Made by a program: the position numbers and the translations under genes
The notes under the pieces: generated by a model
Seen by the model: the letters and a program-made list of their open reading frames with translations, nothing else
What the model was told of the DNA's origin: nothing
Database searches by the model: none
From: an uncultured Actinomycetes bacterium
GTDB lineage: Bacteria; Actinomycetota; Thermoleophilia; UBA2241
Reading direction: 5' to 3'
DNA length: 64,000 nucleotides
Assembly: GCA_963833555.1 (NCBI GenBank)
Contig: CAWHYB010000007.1
Location: 388,739 to 452,738 of the forward strand
Shown here: piece by piece, positions 18,415 to 29,178 of the stretch
Layout: each line of letters opens with the position of its first letter
Numbering within the stretch: the first letter of the stretch is position 1

Positions 18415-19801
18415 CGTCGGCAAACGGCTCGCCGCGCAGGCCCAGGCTGAGCCGGCCGCGCTGGTATTCGTCCCTGAAGTCGGTAACGGTGCCGTTGCGG
18501 TAGGCAAGGTCCTTGTCTCGGAGGATCTGGGCGAGGACCTCGACATAGCGCTCGTCGAGCACCGTTCCGGACATCGTCCGCAGCTCCTTGAGGGCTTCGA
18601 ACGAGCTCAACGCGCTGCGATAGGGGCGGTCGGACGTCATGGCATGATAGGTGTCGGCCACGGCGAGGATCTTGCTGGCATCCGGTATCTCTGAAGCCCG
18701 CAGTCCGGCCGGGTAGCCGCTGCCGTCGAGCCGCTCGTGATGGTGGCGCACGATGTCGGCAACGTTCTGGTAGGCCGCGAGGTGCGAAAGTACCTCGGCT
18801 CCCTTCTCGGGGTGCTGGTGGATGTACCCCCACTCCTCGTCGTCGAGCTCGCTGTCCTTGCGCAGGATGGCATCGGGCGTGCCCACTTTACCGAGGTCGT
18901 GCAGAAGCCCCGCCAGGTGCAGCTCCTCCGCTTCATCCTCACTCATGCCGACCATCGACGCCATGTCACGGCAGTACATGGCGACGGCCGCTGAGTGGTT
19001 GGCTGTGTACTCGTCCTTGCTGTCGAGCAACACGACCATTGCCGCCGCCAGGCCAAGGTTCATCTCGAGGTACTTCTGCGTCAGCTCCTGCTGTGTGGCC
19101 ACGTGCTCGCGCTCGCGCACGAGCAGCTTGAACATGTACTGGCTGGCGAAGAGCGGGATGAAGAGGAGGACGACGGCGATGATGCCGGCCTCGGCATAGA
19201 GTGCAGCGATCGTCAGACCAAGGCCAGTCAGTACGGCGAGAGACTGGAAGAACAGTCGCATCTCTTCGTTCCAGAAGGTGCCGATTCCAACCCCGTACTT
19301 GACGTAGGCGCCGACGCTGGTCAAGCCGTCATTCAGGATCTCGAAAGCAGCGGCAGTAAGGGCGCCAGCGACAAGCAACCCCAACGACACATGATCCGTG
19401 GAGGCGCTTAGAGCATGCGATGAGGCCGTGAACACAAGTGACGCGAGAAGAGTCGACAGGCCGAGGTTCGCGGCATTGTAGACCACGACCTCTCGGGAAT
19501 CCTCGCGCCAGGCTCCCCACACGCCGACCACGAAGGCGATCACCATGGCCGGAAGCCCGCCCACAAACATGATCGAGATGACGATGACCAGGCCGGTTGC
19601 GGCGACCGTGACCCGATCCCGCATGTAGACGGACATCTCCTCGGCGACAACAGCGAGGATCGCCAGCACAACGGCGTCACGCAAATGGCTGGAGGTCAGG
19701 TCGGAAGGGGTCGTCAGGTATGCGGCAATCAGAAAAGCGCACGCCGCGGCAAAGCCAAGCAAGGCGGCGAGCGCCCGGAAATTACGAGCCTTGTCAGGCA
19801 A
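18371..19801 (-). CDS. membrane-bound HD-GYP domain phosphodiesterase
   Basis: Uninterrupted 476-aa ORF with about 7 N-terminal TM helices. HD-GYP signature: HSAAVA...LLHDLGK...HHERLDGSGYP. Confidence 0.8.
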   Translation of the reverse strand: MPDKARNFRALAALLGFAAACAFLIAAYLTTPSDLTSSHLRDAVVLAILAVVAEEMSVYMRDRVTVAATGLVIVISIMFVGGLPAMVIAFVVGVWGAWREDSREVVVYNAANLGLSTLLASLVFTASSHALSASTDHVSLGLLVAGALTAAAFEILNDGLTSVGAYVKYGVGIGTFWNEEMRLFFQSLAVLTGLGLTIAALYAEAGIIAVVLLFIPLFASQYMFKLLVREREHVATQQELTQKYLEMNLGLAAAMVVLLDSKDEYTANHSAAVAMYCRDMASMVGMSEDEAEELHLAGLLHDLGKVGTPDAILRKDSELDDEEWGYIHQHPEKGAEVLSHLAAYQNVADIVRHHHERLDGSGYPAGLRASEIPDASKILAVADTYHAMTSDRPYRSALSSFEALKELRTMSGTVLDERYVEVLAQILRDKDLAYRNGTVTDFRDEYQRGRLSLGLRGEPFADVSATARSQEDPAAG

Positions 19802-19881
19802 CTTGACCCCGCACCATCGGTTATGCCGCTACTATCGGCAGCAACCGACCGATGCTGTAGGCCGAATCGGAACTGCCTGGA

Positions 19882-19956
19882 CTAGTGAATCTTGCTGGTG
19901 CCGCCAGAGGCGAGCGCGACGACCAGTGACGTGAGCATGTTTTCGAGCTTCTTCAT
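19882..19956 (-). CDS. candidate 24-aa small hydrophobic peptide (MKKLENMLTSLVVALASGGTSKIH)
   Basis: ATG preceded by AAGG 7 nt upstream. It lies in an AT-richer spacer 80 nt upstream of the HD-GYP gene. There is no homology evidence. Confidence 0.2.
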   Translation of the reverse strand: MKKLENMLTSLVVALASGGTSKIH

Positions 19957-20068
19957 TGCTAACCTTGTCTTCTCTAGTGAAGTTTGGTGGACATGCGGAT
20001 CATCAGAATCCTCCTGCGCTGGACCTGCATTGCCGGACGTAGCTAGGCGTTGAATCCTAAAGTTCTGT

Positions 20069-20096
20069 GTCAACCTGCCGATAACTAAAGGTTGAC
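20069..20096. promoter_or_regulatory. perfect 8-bp inverted repeat GTCAACCT-N12-AGGTTGAC carrying two divergent TTGAC(A/G) boxes
   Basis: Read directly from the sequence. It lies in the divergent intergenic region between the HD-GYP side and the MFS gene. Confidence 0.3.
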
Positions 20097-20242
20097 GATT
20101 GCCTGTGAGCAGGATGGTATACACGCACCGTGAGTGTGTGCAAGTCCCAATACGCAAAATCGTACGTGACCGTCGGGGTCTTCTTGTCAAATCTGGCAAC
20201 GCTTCTCGGGCCGACAATGGGTATGAGCCGAAGGCCGGCTCG

Positions 20243-21481
20243 ATGACGGTCGCGGACGCGACCCTCCCCCGCTCTCTAGGGCGCAACGCCAATTTCCTCT
20301 TGCTACTCGGCGGACAGTTCGTTTCGCAGATGGGCGACCGGCTGGCGATGGTGGCGTTCCCCTGGCTGGTCTACACGACGACGCACTCGGCGCTGTCGAC
20401 GGGAGTCGTGCTGGCGCTGTTCACACTCCCGTACGTGCTCTTCGGCGCGATCGCGGGCGGCGTGCTCGACCGCGTTGACAAACGCGGTGTCATGATCGCC
20501 GCCGACATCGTCCGCGGCGGGCTCGTCCTGGCTGTGCCGGTGGTCGCCGCCCACTCGACGGCGGGCGTGTTCGCGCTGGCGTTCCTGACGTCGTGTGCGA
20601 CGGTCTTCTTCGACCCCGGGCTGATGGCGCTGGTGCCAGACATCGTGCCGAAGCCCGACTTGCTGCGCGCCAACTCGGCGTTGACTGCGAGCAACCACCT
20701 GACCGAGATCGTGGGCTACTCGGCAGCGGGCTTCGTCGTCTACTACCTCTCGACCGGGACGACCTTCCAGGTCGACGCCGCCACCTTCGGCGTCTCCGCC
20801 CTGACGCTGCTCGCGATGACGATGGGGCGGCGCGGCGAAGGGGCGCAGCCCGGCGCGCCGCCCGCCGGCGGCCTGCTCCCGCGAGCCGGATTCTGGCACG
20901 AGATCCGCGAGGGCATCACGTTCCTCATGCGTCACGTCGGCCTGCGCGCCAACACGCTGCTCAGCATCGTCGCGGCCGCCGGTGTGGGCGCCTTCTATCC
21001 GCTCACGTTCCTGCTCGCCGCCGAACGCTTCCAGGGGACGCGCGCCTTCGGCTTCATGGAGGCGGCCATCGCGGTGGGCTATCTCTCCGGTTCGGTGCTC
21101 GTCGGCGTGTTCGCACGACACGTGCGCAAGGGCCTGGCGATCACCATCGGGCTGATCGTCATGGGCGTTTGCTACGCGCTGCCCTGGGCGCTTCACTCGC
21201 TGCCGCTCATCATGGTCGACTTCGTCGTGCTGGGCTTCGCCAACTCGGGCGTGCTCATCTCGATCGACACCTACATCCAGGCGACCGTGCCCGAAGAGCT
21301 GCGCGGGCGCGTGTGGGGCGTGCGCTTCACGCTCACGCAGGGCGTGTACGCCCTGGGCGTCCTGAGCGCTGGTGCGCTGGCCGCCGGTGTCGGCCTAGGG
21401 CCGCTCTTCGGCCTTTGCGGGCTCATCCTGATCGTGCCGGCGACCATCGGGCTGTTGGTGCCCGCGGTGCGCGACGTCTGA
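20243..21481 (+). CDS. MFS transporter (EntS/MFS_3-like)
   Basis: 12-TM-like profile; N-terminus NFLLLLGGQFVSQMGDRLAMVAFPWLV. The ORF is open from 20099, and ATG 20243 is preferred. Confidence 0.75.
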   Translation: MTVADATLPRSLGRNANFLLLLGGQFVSQMGDRLAMVAFPWLVYTTTHSALSTGVVLALFTLPYVLFGAIAGGVLDRVDKRGVMIAADIVRGGLVLAVPVVAAHSTAGVFALAFLTSCATVFFDPGLMALVPDIVPKPDLLRANSALTASNHLTEIVGYSAAGFVVYYLSTGTTFQVDAATFGVSALTLLAMTMGRRGEGAQPGAPPAGGLLPRAGFWHEIREGITFLMRHVGLRANTLLSIVAAAGVGAFYPLTFLLAAERFQGTRAFGFMEAAIAVGYLSGSVLVGVFARHVRKGLAITIGLIVMGVCYALPWALHSLPLIMVDFVVLGFANSGVLISIDTYIQATVPEELRGRVWGVRFTLTQGVYALGVLSAGALAAGVGLGPLFGLCGLILIVPATIGLLVPAVRDV

Positions 21482-21608
21482 CTGGGGAGATCTGACCGAG
21501 AGACCGACGCGGGCGGCAGCGTGGCCCGGGAGGGGTCGGGGCCTCGTGATAGCCTAGCGACAGTGTCTGGGCGGGCGGCGGCGAACGCCGCCGCCCGCCC
21601 GATTCATC

Positions 21609-22935
21609 GTGGAGGAGCCGTTGACCCCGCCGCCCGACACCAGCACCCGACCCCCCGGGCGCCCCACCGACTGGGGTCAGCTCGCGCTGATCAGCTTCAG
21701 CTCGTTCATCGTCTGGACGGGGTTCGGCGCCATCCTGCCGTACCTGCCGGTCTTCCTCAAGGAGCAGGCACACGCCCAGATGTGGCTGATCGGCCTCATC
21801 GCGGCGATGTACTACGGCGGCACGTTCGTGTTCTCGTCGCCGCTCGGGCGCCTGAGCGACCGCATCGGCCGCAAGCCGGTGGTCGTCGTCGGCATGTTCC
21901 TCTACGCCCTCGCGACGCTGCTGTTCGTGAGCACGACCAACGCCTGGTGGTTCATGGCCTTCCGACTCTGTGAAGGCATCGGCGCCGCATCGGTCGGGCC
22001 CGGCCGCCAGCGCCTTCATCGCCGACATCAGCAACGAAGACACCCGTGGCCGCTCCTACGGGTTCCTGACCAGCGCCCAGTTCGGCGGGCTAGTGGTGGG
22101 TCCCGCCCTGGCGATCGTACTCAACACGCTCGGCGGCGGCGGCAGGTCGGGCTTCTACACGATCTTCATCGTGGGCAGCGCGATGACGCTGGCCATGGCG
22201 GTCCTGCTCGCCCTCTTCCTCAAGGAGCCCGCGCACGTTACCGCGCGCCGCAAGCAGAGCGTCGAACGGCCGACCTATCGTTCGCTGCTGACCCCTCCGG
22301 TGGTCGCGTTCCTCATCGTGGCATTCACGAGCCACTTCGCGATGGGCGGCTGGGAGGTCCTGTGGAGCATCTGGCTGCGTCACCTTGGGGCGAGCATGAA
22401 GTACGTGAGCGCGACCTGGATCGTGTTCTCGGTACCCATGCTGTTCTCGTTTCTGGGCGGCATGCTGGCCGAGAAGGGAAACCGGTTCCGCTGGATGTTC
22501 GCCGGCTATGCGTTCTCGGCGTGCTCGTGGATCGTCTACGGCTTCACGCGCAACCTCGGGATCTTCATGCTCTTCAACGCCCTCGAGGGCATCGCCGTGG
22601 CGGTCGCCATGCCCGCGAAGCAGGCGTTCCTGGTGCAGGTCAGCCCGCGGCGATGGCTGGGGACGGTGCAGGGCATGGAGCAGACCTCGATGCAGCTGGC
22701 CGCATTCATCGGCACGCTCTCGGCGCCGCTGCTCTACGGGTGGATCAGCGGCTACGCCATCGGCGTCGGCGGCTTTCTCGCGCTGGCAGGGCTTGCGGTG
22801 GCGGCGCCGATCCTCGGGCGCGAGTGGCGGCGCATCGTTGCGAGTGGCGAGGCGCTCAGCCTCGCAGAGGCTGAGCGCCTCGCCTCGGCTCCGCACGTCG
22901 CGCGAGCAGACGACGAGCTTGTCACGACCGTGTAG
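21609..22935 (+). CDS. MFS transporter; one frame interruption near 21985
   Basis: ORF 21609.. (GRLSDRIGRKPVVVVG motif) continues in ORF 21970..22935. Confidence 0.7.
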
Positions 22936-23018
22936 GTCGGCGCCCTCTGCCGTTTGAAGTCGCTGCCGTTGCGGAGTAACGTGTGCGCTAGTCCTCTGCC
23001 GCCGACAAAGCGAGTCCG

Positions 23019-23616
23019 ATGCTGAGAAAGATCCGCCCCGCCAGCGGCCCACGGCGAACGATCATCGACTACGGCCTCACCGCCGTGGTCGCCATCGCCA
23101 TGGCGCTCGTCGTCCAGTCCTTTCTGGTCAAGCCATACCTCATCCCCTCGACCTCGATGGCCAACACGCTCGTCCCGGGCCAGCGCGTGCTCGTCGACCG
23201 CATGGTCTATCGCTACCGCTCGGTCCACCGCGGCGACATCATCGTGTTCCGCCGCCCGGCGCCGCCCAACGACATCCTCATCAAGCGCGTCGTCGGCCTG
23301 CCGGGCGACATGCTCGCCAGCGCAGGACGGTCACCTGTTGGTGAACGGCGTGCGCATCAGCGAGCCGTACGTCGACAAGGTCGCACGGCGTAGCCGAGCC
23401 GACCGATCCCGCCGACGCCTTCTCAGGCGGCCAGCCAAGCGCGCCGTGGTCGCTCGAGGCGCCGCTTCACGGTGCCGCAGGGTCAGTACTTCGTGATGGG
23501 CGACAACCGCACCGACTCGTGCGACAGCCGGTACTGGGGCACGGTGCCGCGCAGACGACATCATCGGGCGTGCCTTCTTCACCTACTGGCCGCTGGCGCG
23601 CTTGGGCAACCTCTAG
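23019..23616 (+). CDS. lepB: signal peptidase I; frame-interrupted
   Basis: IPSTSMANTL (Ser box), GDIIVFR, IKRVVGLPGD, then VMGDNRTDSCDSRYWG and FTYWPLARLGNL in other frames. Confidence 0.75.
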
Positions 23617-23636
23617 CGTTCTCGAGCGATGCAAAC

Positions 23637-23668
23637 GGGGCGGGGGCGGCTTTCAGCCGCCCCGCCCC
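23637..23668. terminator. GC hairpin between convergent lepB and the permease gene
   Basis: GGGGCGGGGGCGGC-tttca-GCCGCCCCGCCCC (one bulge). Confidence 0.45.
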
Positions 23669-25336
23669 GTCCCCATTCGGGCGGTCACGTGAGCTCGGCG
23701 TGCGGTCAGGCCGCCCGCGGTCGGTGCGATCTGTGTTGGGGGCTCGCCTTCGCCGCCGCTCGTGCCCGAGAGCAGCTCCTCGGGGTTCTCCTCCCACGGG
23801 ATCATGGCGTCGACGGTCTCCATCTTCCGCGCGAAGTACGGCCTGGAGCGCTTCGAGAACACGTTGAAGAGGACCATGCCGACGACGCCGGTCACGAGGA
23901 AGCCCGGCGCCGATGACGAAGGGCGGGCCGACGCCGAACCACGACGTGCCCGAGGCCGAGTTCGCCGGATACCAGAGCGAATCGAACGACGCGATCAGCA
24001 CCCAGGTCAGGATGGCCGCGCCGAGCAGCGGGAACACGAGCAGCAGCACCGTGTTCTTCCAGTTCTCGAACACGTGATGCCGGTAGAACAGCGGCACCGC
24101 GTAGCCGTTGATGCCGTAGTAGAAGGCGATCGCGATGCCGAGCGCCGCGATCGAGTCGGCCAGCACGTTCTGGCTGAGCAGGGTCAGGCCCACGTACCAG
24201 ACGATCGAGAGGACGCCGTAGATCGCCGTCCCCCAGACGGGCGTCTGTGAAGCGCGGGTTGATGCGCGACCAGACGCTGGGGATCGCCCTGTGCGCGGAC
24301 ATCGACAGCGTGGTGCGGGCGCCCGGCAGGATCGTGGTCAGCGTCGACGCCGTCGCCGAGGTCAGCACGACGGCGATGAGCAGCTTGTCGAGGCCAGACC
24401 CGAGCACGGCGTTGCCGAGCGGGCTCAGGATGTCGCTGGAGTTGTTGCCGAGGTACGCCGGCCCGTGGAAGGCCTGCGCCGCGGTGGTGACGAGCACGTA
24501 GATGAACACGAGTGCCAGAGTGCTCAGGACGGCCGCGACACCCGGCGTACGTCGCCTTACCTCGGTCTCCTCGTTGACCGACACGGCCGTGTCCCAGCCC
24601 CAGTAGATGAAGAGGCCGAGAAGCACACCGCTAGCAAGGGCGCCCAGACCCATGTTGGGGACGAACCAGGACACTGCGGGGTGGACCGAGTCGGCGGGAG
24701 GTGAGCTCCCGTACACCTTGGTGAGTGCGACCACCGAGAAGATGACCAGCATGATGTACTCGAAGCCCAGCAGGAACCACTGGACTCGGGCCGAGATCTC
24801 GATGCCGATGGCGGTGACGACGCTCATGATGATGAGGAAGGCGACGCCTACGAACGTGACCCAGAACAGCGAGTTCGCCAAGCTGTTCGCGCCGATCAGC
24901 AGGAAGAAGTACGTGCCGGTGATCTGAGCCAGGCTCGCCATGACGATGATGTCGGCGGCGACCATGACCCAGCCGGTCACCCAGCCCGTCCTCGGGCCGA
25001 TGGACCGCGCGACCCAGCTGAAGGTCGTGCCGCAGTCGGGGTCTGCTTTGTTGAGGTAGTAGTAGGATCGAGGCGATCAGGATCATCGGGATGAACGACA
25101 CGATCATGATCGCCGGCGACTTGAGGCCGACGCCCGCGACGACCACGATGAGTCCGAGGGTGACGGCAAGGCTGTACGCTGGTGCCGTCGAGGCGACGCC
25201 GATGACGATGCTCGAGACCATGCCGAGCGCGTTCGACTTCAGGCCCTTGGCGCCGCTCAGGGGAACGGTCCAGCGGAACGCTGCCGTCGGGCTTCGGCTC
25301 GGGAAGCGGAACAGTTGCCGATGAGCTTGCCAACAT
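23653..25336 (-). CDS. APC superfamily amino acid permease; frame-interrupted
   Basis: Fragments 24631..(N-terminal part: LKSNALGMVSSIVIGVASTAPAYSLA), 23892..24980, 23579..24193 and 23653..23895 join into a 12-TM permease. Confidence 0.7.
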
Positions 25337-25373
25337 CCCCTCCTTTCCTGCGCGGAGGGCGGAGCTCCTCCGC
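25337..25373 (-). promoter_or_regulatory. two mutually exclusive hairpins, one of which sequesters the SD of the permease gene
   Basis: Minus-strand RNA is GCGGAGG-AGCUCCGC-CCUCCGC, or alternatively CCCUCC-GCGCAGGAAA-GGAGGG(G)AUG. The second pairing covers the SD. Confidence 0.3.
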
Positions 25374-25543
25374 GGCACCTGTGCGTGCACCTGGCCTGGC
25401 CCGAATCGCTTGGCCAAGCTGGCAGGTGTCTAGAACGAGATTTGCCCCTGTGCGTAGTGATAAAGCGGTGCGGTTTGTTAAGGATTGTGAAGGCGAAGCC
25501 GTGCTGCGGCGCAAGCCGAGACACGACGGTCGAACGTTGGGAG

Positions 25544-26608
25544 TCAGGGCCGCGGTAGCGCCGGATCTCGCGTAGAGCGTGTCGCGCTGCACCGGCGTGA
25601 AGCCGGCGGCGGCGATGAGCCGCACCATCTCCTCGACCGAGATGGTGTGGCTCACGCCGGCGGCCCGCACGACGTTCTCCTCGATCATCGTCGAGCCCAT
25701 GTCGTTGGCGCCGAAGGCCAGTGCGACCTGGCCCAGCTTCGAGCCCTGGGTGACCCACGAGGCCTGGATGTTGGCGACGTTGTCGAGATAGACGCGGCTG
25801 ACGGCCAGCATCCGCAGGTAGTCGCAGCCGGTGGCCGGCAGGTGGCCTTCCTGCGAGGGCCGTGTTGCCGGCCTGGAAGGTCCAGGGGATGAAGGCCGTG
25901 AAGCCGCCGGTCTCGTCCTGCAGGTCGCGGATGCGGCGCAGGTGCTCGACGCGCTCGGCCGGCGTGTCGAGCGAGCCGAACATCATGGTCGCCGTCGTCT
26001 TCATGCCCAGCCGTGCGCCTCGCGCATGACGTCGAGCCAGCGCCGCGTGCCGATCTTGTGCGGGACTGATCTCGCCGCGCACGCGGTCGACGAGGATCTC
26101 GGCGCCGCCGCCGGGCAGCGAGTCGAGCCCGGCGGCCCGCAGGCGGCGCAGCGTCTCGGCCACGGTCAGGCCGCTGAGCTCGGCGATGTGCGCGATCTCG
26201 GGCGGCGAGAGCGAGTGGAGGTGGATCGGGTAGCGCTGCTTGATGTCGGAGAAGAGCTTCTCGAACCAGCAGACGTCGAGGTCGGGGTGCAGGCCGCCCT
26301 GCATCATGATGGCGCGTGCCGCCCAGCGCGAGCGTCTCCTCGATCTTGGCGGAAGATCGTCGTCCTCGCCCAGCAGGTAGCCCTCGCCGCTGCCCGGCGT
26401 CTTGTAGAAGGCGCAGAAGCGGCAGCCCGAGACGCAGTAGTCGGTGTAGTTGATGTTGCGGTCGACGATGAAGGTGACGTCGTTGGTCGGAGTGGAGGCG
26501 GCGGCGGACCGCGTCGGCCGCCGCCCCGAGCTCGAGCAGATCGCCGTGCTCGAGAAGCTCGAGCGCCTCGGCGTCGTCGAGGCGGCCGCGAGGCTGCAGG
26601 TCACCCAT
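25544..26608 (-). CDS. mqnC: radical SAM cyclic dehypoxanthinyl futalosine synthase (MqnC-like); at least six frame changes
   Basis: NINYTDYCVSGCRFCAFYK cluster; MMQGGLHPDL, IHLHSLSPPEI, MKTTATMMFG, FIPWTFQ, QASWVTQG..LAFGANDMGSTMIEENV. The MqnC versus MqnE assignment rests on family resemblance only. Confidence 0.65.
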
Positions 26609-27150
26609 CAGGCTCGTCCTTCAGCCGCAACTGGAACCTGACGACGGCACCTTCAGGTACGTTCGGGTCGCCGGTGGCCGGGCAGGCCGTCGACCTCGAG
26701 CTCGCCGGGCAGCATCTCGAAGCCGAGCCGCTGGTGGAAGGCGATCGAGTCGCTTGTTGACGACCGCGGTGACGGCGCGCGCACGTCGACCGGCCGTGTC
26801 GGCGCGCGCCACCTCGAAGAAGCGTTCGTAGAGCCGGCGCGCCAGGCCGGCGCGGCGCCAGGCAGGCTCGACACCGACGAAGTGGACGTAGGCTTCGTCG
26901 TCGTGGTCGGGCACAGAAAGCCGACGAGGAACCCGACGAGCCGACCGTCTCCGTCGCTCGGCGACGAACGACGTGGAGCTGAAGTGCTCGAAGAAGATGC
27001 GCGGCAGCAGGTCGCGCAGGTCGCGCCCGCCCCACCACTCGGGCATGACCGCTACGACGCGCTCCCAGTCGTCAGATGCGCGCGGCGACGAGAGCCGCGC
27101 AGGGCACGAGGCGATCGCTTCGAGTGCGGCGGCGTCTCCCTCGTCGGTCG
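26601..27150 (-). CDS. GNAT family N-acetyltransferase embedded in the mqn operon; frame-interrupted
   Basis: WWGGRDLRDLLPRIFFEHFSSTSFVAE, AYVHFVGVEPAWRRAGLARRLYERFF and SIAFHQRLGFE. The stop overlaps the mqnC start. The 5' end is approximate. Confidence 0.55.
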
Positions 27151-27990
27151 GCTCGTGCCGAGACTCGGCACCTCGCCGAGCTCGCCGATGGCGGCGGCGC
27201 GGCGGTAGAACTCGAGCCAGGCCGCGGCGGTACTCGGCGGTGAAGCCGTACTTGAGCTGATCGAAGTAGTGGTCGAGGTAGGCGTCGCTGAAGTCGTAGA
27301 GCTGCGCCGCCGCGGCCGCCGTCTCGAGCGGATGGGCGGCGCAGCGGTCGCGCGAGGCGACCAGCGCCGCCTCGATGGCGCGGGCCTCGTCGGCGCGCTC
27401 GTCGAGGAACTCGCGGCGCACGGCGCAGACGGCGTAGACCATCGGCAGGCCGGTGACGAGCGCGCCACTCCTCGCCGAGGTCGTAGCTGTGCGGGTAGAC
27501 GCCGGCGCGCAGGATGTACAGCGCCTCGTCGCCGATCAGCAGCAGCCCGTCGTAGTCGGCCAGCGCCTCGGCCAGCGGGCCCTGGCGCGGCGCCGAACGA
27601 CGGCTCGATGCCCCACTCGCGGCAGAGCACCTTGAGCAGGCAGACCGAGGTGGCGCTCTTCTCGGTGAGCGGCGACGCTCTCGATCTGCGTCGCGCGGGA
27701 TCTGCGTGAAGAGCTGGATCGAGTCGACGGCGCCGAACGAGCTGATCGAGATGCCGGGCAGCAGCGCGAGCGCGTCGGCGTGGCGGGCGAACTCGATCGA
27801 CGACGGCAGGGCGACGTCGATCTCGCCGGCGACCAGCAGGCGCGTTGAGCTGCGCCGGCGTGCCGTCGACGACCTCGGCCTGGTACCCCAGCCGCGCCAG
27901 CTCCTCCTCGAAGTGGCAGTAGAGCGGGAAGCAGTTGACGAACTCGATGCGGCCGACGCGCGCGGCGCCGGCGCCGGCGTCAGCGCTCAC
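27150..27990 (-). CDS. mqnA: chorismate dehydratase (MqnA-like); frame-interrupted
   Basis: RVGRIEFVNCFPLY, SATSVCLLKVLCREWGIEP and LDHYFDQLKYGFTAEYRRGL. GTG 27990 overlaps the mqnE stop (GTGA). The 3' end is approximate. Confidence 0.65.
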
Positions 27991-29121
27991 GCCGGCTCCT
28001 CGTCGTAGCGGCGCACGACGTTGTAGAGCGTGTCGCGCTCGACCGGCACGCGGCCGGCGCCGCGGATCACGCGCACCAGCTCGTCGCGCGTCAGCTCCTG
28101 ACCGGTGTCGACGCCGGCGGCGTGGCTGATCTTCTCCTCGACCACGGTGCCGTCGAGGTCGTTGACCCCGAAGGCGAGCGAGACCTGGGCGAGCTTGAGG
28201 CCGACGTTGATCCAGAAGGCCTTGACGTGGCGGAAGTTGTCGAGCACGAGGCGGCCGACGGCGAGCATCTTGAGGTCGTCGTAGCCGGTCGGGCCGGGCA
28301 GCTCGGTCAGCCCGGTGTTGGCCGGCTGGAACGAGAGCGGGATGAAGGCGTTGAAGCCGCCGGTCTCGTCCTGCAGCTCGCGCAGCCGCAGCAGGTGGTC
28401 GGCGAGCTCGGCCGGCGTCTCGACGTGGCCGTAGAGCATGGTGGCGTTGGACTTGAGGCCCGACGCCGTGGGCGGCGCGCATGACGTCGAGCCACTCCTC
28501 GCCGCTGATCTTGCGCTTGCAGATGAGGTCGCGCACGCGGCCGCTGAAGACCTCGGCGCCGCCGCCCGGCAGCGAGCCGAGCCCGGCCTCCTTGAGCTCG
28601 ACGAGCATCTCGCGCACCGCCTTGCCCGCTGATGCGGGCGAGGTGGGCGATCTCGCTCGCCGTGAACGCCTGGATGTGGACGTCGGGCGCGAGCTCCTTG
28701 AGGCCGCGCATCATCTCGAGGTAGTAGTCGAAGGGCAGGTCGGGATGCTCGCCGCCGACGATGTGGATCTCGGTGATGCCGCCGGTGAGCGTCTCGCGCG
28801 CCTTGTCGAGCACCTCGTCGACCGAGAGCGTGTAGGCGTCGGCGTCGCCGTCGTCGTGGCTGAAGGCGCAGAAGAGGCAGCGGTTGCGGCAGACGTTGGT
28901 GTGGTTGATGTGGCGGTTGCAGATGAAGTAGACGTCGTCGCCGACGGCGCGGTGGCGCACGAAGTCGGCCATCGCGCCGAGCGCGAGCAGGTCGGTCGAG
29001 CTCGACAGCAGGTCGCGGCGTCGGCGCGCCGACAGGCGCTCGCCGCCGCGCCACCTTGTCCCAGACGTGCTGCGAGCCCGGCGCGCCGCCAGGCGGTCGA
29101 TCTGCTGTCGTCCGAGCTCAT
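27987..29121 (-). CDS. mqnE: radical SAM aminofutalosine synthase (MqnE-like); frame-interrupted
   Basis: NRHINHTNVCRNRCLFCAF cluster; IHIVGGEHPDLPFDYY, LKSNATMLYGHVE, FIPLSFQ, LAFGVNDLDGTVVEEKI. Confidence 0.65.
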
Positions 29122-29178
29122 GTCACTCCCAGACTAGCGGCTGCCGGCGCATGCTCGACGGTTCGCCCGGCTGGCGGG

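Noticed and set aside
20076-20083. Third copy of TGCCGATA as another ECF promoter
   Set aside because: Here TCAAC precedes it by only 1 nt instead of 13, and no sigma-like gene follows. About one chance occurrence of this 8-mer is expected in a window of this size and composition.
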